A stretch of 64,000 nucleotides of DNA from an uncultured Verrucomicrobiota bacterium. Lineage in GTDB: Bacteria; Verrucomicrobiota; Kiritimatiellia; CAIQIC01; Lenti-01. Shown one piece after another: positions 1 through 8,765 of the stretch. Numbering within the stretch: position 1 is the stretch's first letter; every line of letters starts with the position of its first letter. Location of the stretch: NCBI GenBank assembly GCA_937872095.1, contig CALMNW010000070.1, forward strand, positions 30,542 to 94,541, given 5' to 3'. The notes beneath the pieces were generated by a model that made no database searches, was not told the origin of the DNA, and saw only the letters and a list, made by a program, of their open reading frames with translations. Made by a program: the position numbers and the translations under genes.

Positions 1-750
1 ACGAACTATGCGTTCATGGTTTGGACGAATCTCCAGCAACCGGGAACGATGACGCTGGACTTGCAGATGCCGGCGACCGTGTCGCGCGTGCGCCTGTTGA
101 ACTACGATTGGAGTTTCCGCTCCCACCAATATATCGTCGAATCCTCGCTGGACGGGGCGAACTGGACGCTGTTGGCGGATGCGAGCGTCGGCGATCATCG
201 CGGGTGGGAAGACTGGCCGGCGGCCGACGTGGCGGCCCGATACTTGCGGTTTACGGCATTGTCCAATTCCGCGAATTCGGCGGTCTGCATCGCCGAATGG
301 GAAGTGTACGGAGTTCGCGCGCCGTCTCGGCGATCCGTCGCGGTCCGGGCGGAGGTTCCGCATTCCCCGCCGCCCCGGCGGATCGAGGCGGAACCGTTCC
401 CGTTGACGGTGGTCACGAGCGACGACGGGCCGGAGCACACCAACGGGTGGGCGGCGATCGACGGCGATCCGGACACGTGTTGGGCCGGTCGGGCCGGTGC
501 CGGCGGCTGGTATATCGCCGTCGGCTACGATTCCACCTTGGTCATGACCAATCTGGAAGTGGTGTTGGCGGAGGGATCGTCCACCCGCATGCAATGTCTC
601 ACCAGCCTGGATGGCGAGGAATGGCGCGAATGGCCGGAGGATGCATCGGCCGCGCCCGTCGAAGCCAATTATCTGTGGTTGCTCTTCCCGGGCGAAGGCG
701 AGGCCTCGCCGGAACCGCGCATCGTCGAAATTCTCCCGCAGTGTCCCTGA
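1..750 (+). CDS. C-terminal part of a discoidin (F5/8 type C) domain protein; the 5' end lies outside the window
   Basis: The ORF 16..750 stays open back to position 1. The translation (NYDWSFRSHQYIVESSLDGANWTLL ... AEWEVYG) matches the galactose-binding-like F5/8 type C fold, and two such modules are apparent. Confidence 0.55.
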   Translation, partial: TNYAFMVWTNLQQPGTMTLDLQMPATVSRVRLLNYDWSFRSHQYIVESSLDGANWTLLADASVGDHRGWEDWPAADVAARYLRFTALSNSANSAVCIAEWEVYGVRAPSRRSVAVRAEVPHSPPPRRIEAEPFPLTVVTSDDGPEHTNGWAAIDGDPDTCWAGRAGAGGWYIAVGYDSTLVMTNLEVVLAEGSSTRMQCLTSLDGEEWREWPEDASAAPVEANYLWLLFPGEGEASPEPRIVEILPQCP

Positions 751-823
751 GCCGTGTTCGAGGCCGAACGCCGATCGGCAGACGGTTCTCTCTGGATCCG
801 TTCCGGATGCCGGACGCCGCCGT

Positions 824-3800
824 TCAGCCGTCGAGGATTTCGCGGATCATGACGGCCAGCGCATGTTTCGAGAACGGCTTGGGGATGAATTTCAGGCCTT
901 CGTCCAGCACGCCGCTGCGGGCGATGATGTCGGCGGTGTAGCCCGAGATGAAGAGGAGCTTGGTTTCGGGGCGCCGGGCGAGGATTTGGCGGGCCAGATC
1001 CCGGCCGTTCATGCCGGGCATCACGACGTCGGTGATGAGCAGGTCGATCTGTCCGGAGTGTTCCGCCGCCAAGCGGAGAGCCGGTTCGGGACCGTTGGCG
1101 GCCAACACGGCATAGCCCAGGCTTTCCAGCATCTGGCGGGCGATCTGCAGAATGCCGAAATCGTCTTCCACCAGCAACAGGGTTTCGCTGCCGCGCGGGT
1201 CGAGGAGCGTTCCCGCTTCCGGCGCGTTGTTCGCGTTCGATTCCACGTGCCGAGGCAAATAGATGTGGAAGACGGCGCCATGGCCGGGCGAACTGCGGAC
1301 GTCGATGAAGCCGCCATTTTGCCGGACGATGCCGTAGATCGTAGACAACCCCAGTCCCGTGCCTTCGCCGGGCCCCTTGGTCGTGAAGAACGGTTCGAAG
1401 ATGTGGGCTTGCGTTTCGGCATCCATTCCGCTGCCGGTGTCGCGGACGGACAGCCGGACGAAATCGCCGGGTCTGGCTTCCGGATGGTCGGCGCACGCGT
1501 CGTCGTCGAGGGCGAGGGATTCCGTGGCGATGGTCAGCGTGCCGACGCCGGCGATGGAATCCCGGGCATTGACGCACAGGTTGACCAGCAGCTGGTCGAT
1601 CTGGGAAGGATCCATCCGGACCGGCCACAACCCGGCGGCGGGGTTCCATTCCAGCCGGATGTCTTCCCCGATGAGGCGCTTGAGCATGTTGAGCATGCCG
1701 CCGACCGTTTGGTTCAGATCCAGGACGCGCGGGGCGATGGGTTGCTTGCGGGCGAACGCGAGCAACTGGTGGGTTAGATCGGCGGAACGTTTGGCGGCTT
1801 TCTGGATTTCCTGGAGATGGGCGTGGAGGGGCTGTTCGGGCGGAATTTCATCGAGGGCCATGCCGGCATGGCCGAGGATGATGGTGAGCATGTTGTTGAA
1901 GTCGTGGGCGACGCCGCCGGCGAGCCGTCCGACGGAATCCATTTTCTGGGATTGCTGGAGCTGCGCCGACAGGCGCAATTCTTCGGTGACGTCGCGCTTG
2001 ACGGCGACGTAGTTGACGACGGTCCCGCCGGCGTCGCAGACGGGCGAGATGAGGGCGTCTTCGGTATAAAGCGTGCCGTCTTTGCGCTTGTTGACGAGGC
2101 GCCCTTGCCAGGTTTTGCCGGCGGCGAGGGTCGCCCACATGGCGCGGTAGAAGGCGGCGTCCTGCTGGCCGCTCTGGAGAATGCGGGGGTTTTGGCCAAG
2201 CGCCTCTTCGCGGGCGAAGCCGGTGATCGCGGTGAAGGCCGGGTTCACGTATTGGATCCGCGCTTTCGCATCGGTCACGACGATGGATTCGGCGGATTGC
2301 TCGATGGCGGTAACGAGCCGCTTGAGGTCGGTTTCGGTGCGCTGGTGGTCTTCCAGGATGCCCAGCAGGGCGAGCCGGGCCTGGTTGCTATCCTCCAGCA
2401 GCTTGCGCACCTGCTCTTCCGAACGGCGTCGGTCGGTGATGTCGGTGGAGAGGGTGGCGAAGCGCCTCCCTCCCAGCGGAACGGTTGAAATCAGGAAATA
2501 CTTGTCCATCGGCGCGTAGTAGGTCTCGAAGCGAGAGAGCGTGTTGGACTGGACGGTCCGGGCATACTCCTCGAGATAGGGCGCGGTTCCCGTGCCGTAG
2601 ACCTTGGAGGCCAGTTGGCCGACGGCGTTTTCCTTGGAGATCCCCGTCAGGCGGACAAAGGCGGCGTTGCACTCGGTCAGGCGATAGTCGATGGGCGTTC
2701 CGGTTTCGTCGAGCACGAGTTCATGCAGGACGGCCATTTCGTCCATGGATTCGAAGAGCGAACCGAGTTTGTCTTCGCTGGCCCGCAAGGCTTCTTCGTT
2801 CTTTTTGCGCTCGGTGGTGTCGCGGATGCATTCGATCGCGCCGATGATTTGGCCCGCCCCGTCGTAGAGCGGGGAGACCTTGACCCAGATCCATGCGCCC
2901 CGATGCCGGTTCAGGGCGCAGCAGAACGCTTCCGCCGTGACGCTGTCGCCGTCCCGGACGAGGTTCGGATAGCGGGCGGCCACTTTTTCGTTGTCACCGA
3001 AAACCAGATCCATCAATTGGGGCCGGGCCTCGCCGTAAAACGGGATGGTATAGGCATAATCGCCCTTGCCGATCATTTCTTCGGCCGGAATGCCCGTCAT
3101 TTTTTCGATCGCCTTGTTCCAGAGGATGACGCGCTTGTCCCGGTCGATGGCCAAGGTGGCGTCCGGCAGAAAATCGATGAGGTTCTGCAATTGCCGCTGG
3201 CTTTCCCGCAGCGCCTGCTGCCGAAGGTGGAAACCGCGTTGGCTGCGGTGCAGCAAAAGGACCAATATGCCCAGCAAGACCGCGATGACCGACAGGGCGG
3301 CCGAAAACGCCGCGTGCTGGGCGATGGTTTTGCGCCAATCCGAGGCGTCGACGTCCATGCCGAACAGGACGTTCGCGTTTTCGAGTTTCGGGCCGGAAAG
3401 GGGAACGAGCGCGCTGACCCAGCTGCCCCACCGATCGGTCACCGGTCCTTCGGTGGAGGCCTGTCCGGTATTGAATGCGGACAGAAGGGCCGCCGATGCT
3501 TCTTCATAGAGTTGGCCCGGCGGGGAGACGTCGGGGGAGGATGCCGGTTCGCTGTCCACGAGGAAAAACACCGTACCGTCGGACTTGCGGGCCATGAAAT
3601 AGAGGAAGCGGCATTTCGGATTGGCCGAACGGATGGCGGCCAGTTGCGTTTTGATCCGTTGGTAGTCGGGAGAAGCGAGATCGGCGGTCGTGCCGGTCAA
3701 GGCGGCCACCCGTGCGGGGTTGATGGCCCCGACGACCATGCGCGCCTGCTGGAGCCATTCGGCGCGGAGTTGGCGATCGGCCCGGCGAACGGCGAAGGCG

Positions 3801-3895
3801 CTGGCGCCGGCGACGAGGGCCAGCGAGGCCGCCGCAAGGAGAAGAAGCAGGACTTTCGTCGGCAGCCGGAAGCGGGGGACCGTCGCGACGCTCAT
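824..3895 (-). CDS. Hybrid sensor histidine kinase/response regulator with an N-terminal signal/TM, a periplasmic sensor domain, a second TM, several PAS/PAC, HisKA (HDFNNMLTII), HATPase_c and a C-terminal receiver (LLLVEDDFG...DLLITDVVMPGMNG)
   Basis: This is a 1023-aa ORF. The domain motifs are read directly from the translation. The ATG at 3893-3895 overlaps the upstream gene's stop as ATGA. Confidence 0.9.
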   Translation of the reverse strand: MSVATVPRFRLPTKVLLLLLAAASLALVAGASAFAVRRADRQLRAEWLQQARMVVGAINPARVAALTGTTADLASPDYQRIKTQLAAIRSANPKCRFLYFMARKSDGTVFFLVDSEPASSPDVSPPGQLYEEASAALLSAFNTGQASTEGPVTDRWGSWVSALVPLSGPKLENANVLFGMDVDASDWRKTIAQHAAFSAALSVIAVLLGILVLLLHRSQRGFHLRQQALRESQRQLQNLIDFLPDATLAIDRDKRVILWNKAIEKMTGIPAEEMIGKGDYAYTIPFYGEARPQLMDLVFGDNEKVAARYPNLVRDGDSVTAEAFCCALNRHRGAWIWVKVSPLYDGAGQIIGAIECIRDTTERKKNEEALRASEDKLGSLFESMDEMAVLHELVLDETGTPIDYRLTECNAAFVRLTGISKENAVGQLASKVYGTGTAPYLEEYARTVQSNTLSRFETYYAPMDKYFLISTVPLGGRRFATLSTDITDRRRSEEQVRKLLEDSNQARLALLGILEDHQRTETDLKRLVTAIEQSAESIVVTDAKARIQYVNPAFTAITGFAREEALGQNPRILQSGQQDAAFYRAMWATLAAGKTWQGRLVNKRKDGTLYTEDALISPVCDAGGTVVNYVAVKRDVTEELRLSAQLQQSQKMDSVGRLAGGVAHDFNNMLTIILGHAGMALDEIPPEQPLHAHLQEIQKAAKRSADLTHQLLAFARKQPIAPRVLDLNQTVGGMLNMLKRLIGEDIRLEWNPAAGLWPVRMDPSQIDQLLVNLCVNARDSIAGVGTLTIATESLALDDDACADHPEARPGDFVRLSVRDTGSGMDAETQAHIFEPFFTTKGPGEGTGLGLSTIYGIVRQNGGFIDVRSSPGHGAVFHIYLPRHVESNANNAPEAGTLLDPRGSETLLLVEDDFGILQIARQMLESLGYAVLAANGPEPALRLAAEHSGQIDLLITDVVMPGMNGRDLARQILARRPETKLLFISGYTADIIARSGVLDEGLKFIPKPFSKHALAVMIREILDG

Positions 3896-6800
3896 GATGC
3901 GGCCTCCGGTCCGGTCTCTTGCGCCGAGGCGTAGGGCGGGGGGTGGCCGAGGCGGATGGACAGGGCATTGACCTCTTGCTTGAGCTCCGCGATCCGGCTC
4001 TCGCGCCCGAGCGTGGCGGAATACCAGCGCCGCAACTCGTCCATCTGCCGGGCCATTTGTTCCTCGGCCTGCTTGCGTTTGGTGACGTCGTGGAAGATGC
4101 CGATCAAGCCGGTGACGCGGCCTTGGGCGTCGGTGATCGAAGCCTTGTGGAACACGACTTCATGCCGGCCGCCGTTCGCGTCTTGAAGCGGCGCTTCATA
4201 GACCTGCATTCCGGGGCGTTCGAACAGTTCGGCATCCTTCGCCTGGTAGGTCTTGGCCAGTTCGGGGGGGGCGATGTCGGAGACGGTCTTGCCGATGATG
4301 TGGTCCTTGGAGAGGCCGTAGAAGGTCTCGAAGGCCTTGTTGACGCCCAGATAGCGGCCTTGGCGGTCCTTGTAGAAAAGGGGGCTGGGGATGGTGTCCA
4401 TCAGCAGAAGCTGGAAGGTTTCGCGCTCCCGGAGCGATTCCTCGGCCAGCTTGAGTTCGGTGATGTCGAGCAGGACGCCGTTCCAGAGCACGCCGCCGCC
4501 GGGCAGCGCCCGGGAATTGGCGGAGCCGCGCACCCATTTGGTTTTCCCCTGCGGCGTGGCGATGCGGAATTCGAGGGCCCAGTGCGTTTTCCTGCGCAAG
4601 GCGGCGTCGAGGGTATGCCGAAACAGCTCGCGGTCTCCGACGTGCATGTGGTCGAACAGCAGCCCGCTGAAATCCATCCCGGTCACGGGACGCTCGAACA
4701 AGGCTTCGCAGCCGGAGCTCATGTAGGACACTTCCAGCGCTCCGGTCCGGCCGGTCTGGAGCTGGTAGACGACGCCGGGGATGTTGGCGGCGATGTCCTG
4801 GAAGCGCTCGGTGCTGGCCCGCAGTTTTTCCTCGGCCAGCTTGTGCTCGGTGATGTCCATGTAGGTGCCGAGCACGCCGGTGACCTCGCCTCGGTCGTCG
4901 CGGAGCGGGATCTTGCTGGTGAGCAGGATGATGGTTTTTCCGGCCGGGGTCGTCTGGGGTTCCTCGATGAACAGCTTGGGCTGGCCGCTCTCGATGACCT
5001 GGCGGTCGTCGGCGCGGTACAATTCGGCCTGCTTGCGCCAGCCCATCTGGAAATCGTCCTTCCCGACGAGGTCCTTCGGATCGGCGAAGCCCGCGTCGCG
5101 CGCAAACGCCTCGTTGCAGCCCAGATAGGCGAGATTCCGGTCTTTCCAGAACACGCGCATCGGAATCGAGTCGAGGATGCCGGCGGTGATTTGCAACGAG
5201 GCGCGCAGCGATTCCTCGGCTTGCTTGCGCGCGGTGATGTCGCGGACGTAGCCGCCCACGCCCGTGCGCCCGTCCGGAAGGGGAACCGGGAATTTGACGG
5301 TCTGGTAGATTTTCTCTCCCGCGGTTTCTTCGGCGACGACGCAGGCCCCCTTTTCCAAGGCGGTTTGATCGCTGGCCCGGCAACGTTCGGCGACCGCGCG
5401 GGGCATGAGGTCGAAATCCGTGCGGCCGATGACGTTCGCTTCGGATTGGCCGAGGAACGCGTTGTTCGCTTCGTTGCTGATGAGGTAGCGGAAAGCCTCG
5501 TCCTTCAGGAACACGAGATCGGAGCTGGCTTCGATGAACGTGCGATAGCGCGCCTCGCTGGCTTGCAGGATTTCCTCGGCTTGCTTGTAGGCGGTGATGT
5601 CCTGGTTGACGCCGCGGGTCTTGATGGTGCGCCCTTGCGCATCCTTGACGACGAAGAACCGCACCGCGATATGGCCGATCGTGCCGTCGGCGTAGCGGAT
5701 CCGATGTTCGATCTGGCGATGATAGTGCGGATCGTTCGTCGCGATCGCCGCCTGGGCCTCTTGGCCCACGAGAGCCGCATCGTCGGGATGGCAGAACCGG
5801 CGCTCATATTCCGCCGAGGACATCCGGTAGCCGCCCACCTGGTCGGCCGTGGTGCGGAAAATGCGATAGAAGTTGTCGTTGAACGTGAACGTGTCGCTGG
5901 CGAAGTCGTATTCCCAGTGGCCGGCGTGCGCCAACTCCAGGGCGTTGGAAAGCTGGGCTTCGCTGTCTTGCAGGGCTTTCTTCGCTTGTTGGCTCTCGGT
6001 GACGTCGTGCCCATACAGATTGACGTAGCCGGCGGCCGCGACCGGCGCGACGAAAAACGAGAACGTCCGCTGGCCATGCGCCAGTTCGAGTTCGAACGGC
6101 GATCCGTTTTCGAAGGCCCGGGCGGCGGCTTCCCGCAGCAGGAGGGGGCATTCCCGGCCCACCTGCAAATGCCAGTGCGGCAGTTGGATCTGGCCGGCCT
6201 CGTTGACGTAAAGCAACGTGCCGTCCCGGGCGATGCGCAGGACCGGGCTGGGGTTTTCGGACGGGAACTTCGCCAGATTCTGGATTTTTTCCTCGGCCTG
6301 TTTGCGCACGGAGACGTCGCGGATGACCGCGACCAGTTGAACGGATTTTCCCTCGGCGTCCCGGATGGGGTTCGCGTTCACTTCCATGTCGAAGGCGCTG
6401 CCATCGACGCGCAGAGCCCGGTATTCGACCGGCCCATGCGATTGGCCCTGGAACGTGAGGGCCAGATTGGAAAAGGCGCGTTCCCGATCCTCGGGGGCAA
6501 TGAAATCGGCCATCGGAAGTCCGCCCAGATCTTTGTCCCGGTCGAAACCGAAGAGCGTCGCCGCCGAAGGCGAACCCATGAGCGTGTTTCCCTTGGCGTC
6601 GAGGATCACGACGCCGTCGGGGGAGGTGTTGAGGATGGTGCGGTGGCGTTCCTCGCTGGCCCGCAACTTTTCCTCGGCCTGTTCGCGCCGGGCCCGTTGC
6701 CGCAACGCCTCGATTCCGTACGCCAGATCGTCGGCCAGTTCGGCCAGCAATTGGACTTCCTCGGGATGGAAGGCCGCCGGTTCCGCGGCATACAGATTGA

Positions 6801-8568
6801 ACGCGCCGAGACAGTTTTCCCCGCTTCGCATCGGTAGGGCGATGGACGACGCGTAGCCGCGCTGGATGGCGGCCGCGCGCCAAGGGGCATAGGCGGGATC
6901 GTCGGGGATGTTGCGGGCGATCGCCGGTTGGCCGGTGCGGATGGCGGTGCCGGTGGGACCGCGCCCGTGTTCGTCGTCCGCCCAGGAAATCTGGATCGCG
7001 TCGAGGTAGCCGTCGTCTATGCCGGCTTGGGCGACGGGGCGGACGGATTTTCCTTCGTCGGCTTCCGCGAAGCCGATCCAGGCCATGCGATAGCCGCCTT
7101 GCTCGACCAGCAGGCGGCAGATCCCGTTCAGCAAGGAGTCCTCGTCCGCCGAGGAGACCAGCAACTGGTTGCAGCGGCTGATGGTCTGCAAGGCGCGGTT
7201 CGCTCGCCGCAGGGCTTCTTCCCCCTGCTTGCGCTCGGTGATGTCGGCGATGCTGGAGAGGATGCAGGAGCCTTCGTCCAGTTGCAGCATCTGCGCGGAA
7301 AACAGGCAGATCAGAATCCGCCCGTCTTTGGCGCGGAAGCGGTATTCCCGGTTCGCCACGGTTTTCCCGGCGCGCAAGTCGGCGATCACCTCTTGACGAT
7401 CCTCGGCCTGCACCCACAACCGAAGCCCGATGGCCGTGTCGGCCAAGGCCTCTGCCTTCGTGAACCCCGCGATCGACGTGAACGCCGGATTCACGTCGAG
7501 AAAGCGGCCGTCTTGCGCTTGCGTAAGAGTGATGGCGTACGGAGAGGTCTGGAAGGCCTTCTCGAATTTTTCCTCGGTTTGGCGCAAGGCCGTTTCGGCC
7601 CGTTTGTGCTCGGTGACGTCGATGGTGTAGCCCGCCAGCAGGGTCTTGCCTTCCCGAATGATCGGGAACTTGATGGTGACGTAGTGCCGGCCATTCAGGT
7701 CTTCCTCCAGATTGAGCGTCTGGCCGTTTTTCACGACCGCCCAGTCGTCGGCGGAAATTTTCGCGGCGAACTCGGGGGGGAACAGCTCCGCCATCGTTTT
7801 GCCAGACATTTCCGAGCCCGGTATGCCGATCATGTCCTTGAAATTGTCGCTGGCGATCAACACCCGGCTTTCGGTGGCCGTAACCTCTTTGATGAACGTG
7901 TAGATGGGGGAGTGCCGCATGAACAGCGAGATCAGCGCATGATGTTCTTTCAGCTCCTCCTGGGACCGTTTTCGTTCGGCGAGCGACTGCGCCAACTGGA
8001 GGTTGCGGTAACCCGCTTCGGAGATCATCTGGGCCAGGATCGCGCAGAAGGCCATGGCCCGCTCGATCTTTTCCCGGCTCCAGCGCGGGACGCGCTCCAG
8101 CGCGGCGAGATATTCCGTTTCGTCGAATCCATATCGGCGGGCTTGGGCGCGAAACACGTCGACGTCCGGCGTTTCATCGTCGAAAAAGAACTGGCCGATG
8201 AAGAAGTTGCCCACGTGCCGGCCGCCGACGACGATGGGGGTGGCCATGTCCCACATGTTGTTCTGGCAGCGATAGAGCTTGTAGTGCCCAGGCTCGACTC
8301 CGGCCGAAAGGGCGAGATCGCTCTCCTTGCAGTGCCGACAGGTGTCCGGATGGATGCGATGGAATTTACTGCAGATGTCCTGCCAACCGGTGGAGACCAG
8401 CATTTGGCCGCGAAGGTCCACGATGGCCATGCCGATTTTTTCGAGGGCGAAAAACGCATCCATCATGGCCTGGAGGGCTTGGACATCCAGGATGTCGGCC
8501 AGTTCGATCGCGCCATCTTCTGGAGAAGAGGGCGGCAAGGATGGGCTGGACTGGACGAGCTTCGACAT
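3892..8568 (-). CDS. Large cytoplasmic sensor protein with an N-terminal PocR ligand-binding domain, about 9 PAS/PAC domains and one GAF domain, and no transmitter or other output domain
   Basis: The 1558-aa ORF has no TM segment. Its N-terminus (IVDLRGQMLVSTGWQDICSKFHR...HYKLYRCQNNMWDMATPI) resembles the PocR domain. Repeated PAS linkers (DITExKxAEExL) are present. The GAF block reads GYRMAWIGFAEADEG...YASSIALPM. The likely start is the ATG at 8566-8568 (MSKLVQ), preceded by GGGAAG; the ORF track begins two codons earlier at a TTG. Confidence 0.85.
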   Translation of the reverse strand: MSKLVQSSPSLPPSSPEDGAIELADILDVQALQAMMDAFFALEKIGMAIVDLRGQMLVSTGWQDICSKFHRIHPDTCRHCKESDLALSAGVEPGHYKLYRCQNNMWDMATPIVVGGRHVGNFFIGQFFFDDETPDVDVFRAQARRYGFDETEYLAALERVPRWSREKIERAMAFCAILAQMISEAGYRNLQLAQSLAERKRSQEELKEHHALISLFMRHSPIYTFIKEVTATESRVLIASDNFKDMIGIPGSEMSGKTMAELFPPEFAAKISADDWAVVKNGQTLNLEEDLNGRHYVTIKFPIIREGKTLLAGYTIDVTEHKRAETALRQTEEKFEKAFQTSPYAITLTQAQDGRFLDVNPAFTSIAGFTKAEALADTAIGLRLWVQAEDRQEVIADLRAGKTVANREYRFRAKDGRILICLFSAQMLQLDEGSCILSSIADITERKQGEEALRRANRALQTISRCNQLLVSSADEDSLLNGICRLLVEQGGYRMAWIGFAEADEGKSVRPVAQAGIDDGYLDAIQISWADDEHGRGPTGTAIRTGQPAIARNIPDDPAYAPWRAAAIQRGYASSIALPMRSGENCLGAFNLYAAEPAAFHPEEVQLLAELADDLAYGIEALRQRARREQAEEKLRASEERHRTILNTSPDGVVILDAKGNTLMGSPSAATLFGFDRDKDLGGLPMADFIAPEDRERAFSNLALTFQGQSHGPVEYRALRVDGSAFDMEVNANPIRDAEGKSVQLVAVIRDVSVRKQAEEKIQNLAKFPSENPSPVLRIARDGTLLYVNEAGQIQLPHWHLQVGRECPLLLREAAARAFENGSPFELELAHGQRTFSFFVAPVAAAGYVNLYGHDVTESQQAKKALQDSEAQLSNALELAHAGHWEYDFASDTFTFNDNFYRIFRTTADQVGGYRMSSAEYERRFCHPDDAALVGQEAQAAIATNDPHYHRQIEHRIRYADGTIGHIAVRFFVVKDAQGRTIKTRGVNQDITAYKQAEEILQASEARYRTFIEASSDLVFLKDEAFRYLISNEANNAFLGQSEANVIGRTDFDLMPRAVAERCRASDQTALEKGACVVAEETAGEKIYQTVKFPVPLPDGRTGVGGYVRDITARKQAEESLRASLQITAGILDSIPMRVFWKDRNLAYLGCNEAFARDAGFADPKDLVGKDDFQMGWRKQAELYRADDRQVIESGQPKLFIEEPQTTPAGKTIILLTSKIPLRDDRGEVTGVLGTYMDITEHKLAEEKLRASTERFQDIAANIPGVVYQLQTGRTGALEVSYMSSGCEALFERPVTGMDFSGLLFDHMHVGDRELFRHTLDAALRRKTHWALEFRIATPQGKTKWVRGSANSRALPGGGVLWNGVLLDITELKLAEESLRERETFQLLLMDTIPSPLFYKDRQGRYLGVNKAFETFYGLSKDHIIGKTVSDIAPPELAKTYQAKDAELFERPGMQVYEAPLQDANGGRHEVVFHKASITDAQGRVTGLIGIFHDVTKRKQAEEQMARQMDELRRWYSATLGRESRIAELKQEVNALSIRLGHPPPYASAQETGPEAAS

Positions 8569-8585
8569 CTTCAACTTCCCGATCG

Positions 8586-8614
8586 GGCGGGTCGCCGGGC
8601 CGCGCCGACCCGCC
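8586..8614. promoter_or_regulatory. GC-rich hairpin (9-bp stem GGCGGGTCG/CGACCCGCC, 11-nt loop) in the leader about 18 nt upstream of the PocR-PAS gene start
   Basis: A perfect inverted repeat is read from the sequence. It has no flanking U-tract, so it is more likely a 5'-leader structure than a terminator. Confidence 0.3.
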
Positions 8615-8765
8615 GCGCCAAACTGTTAGGAATATATTAAGACCCTAAATGGGGGAGAGGTCAATGGGGCAGTGAAAATATTTGTCAAATCGCTCGGTGA
8701 TTTCCCGGCGCGAGCTTCCCGCTGGAGTTCGCCGGCGTGAACGCAGCGCCATGGCCTGCAAAAAA

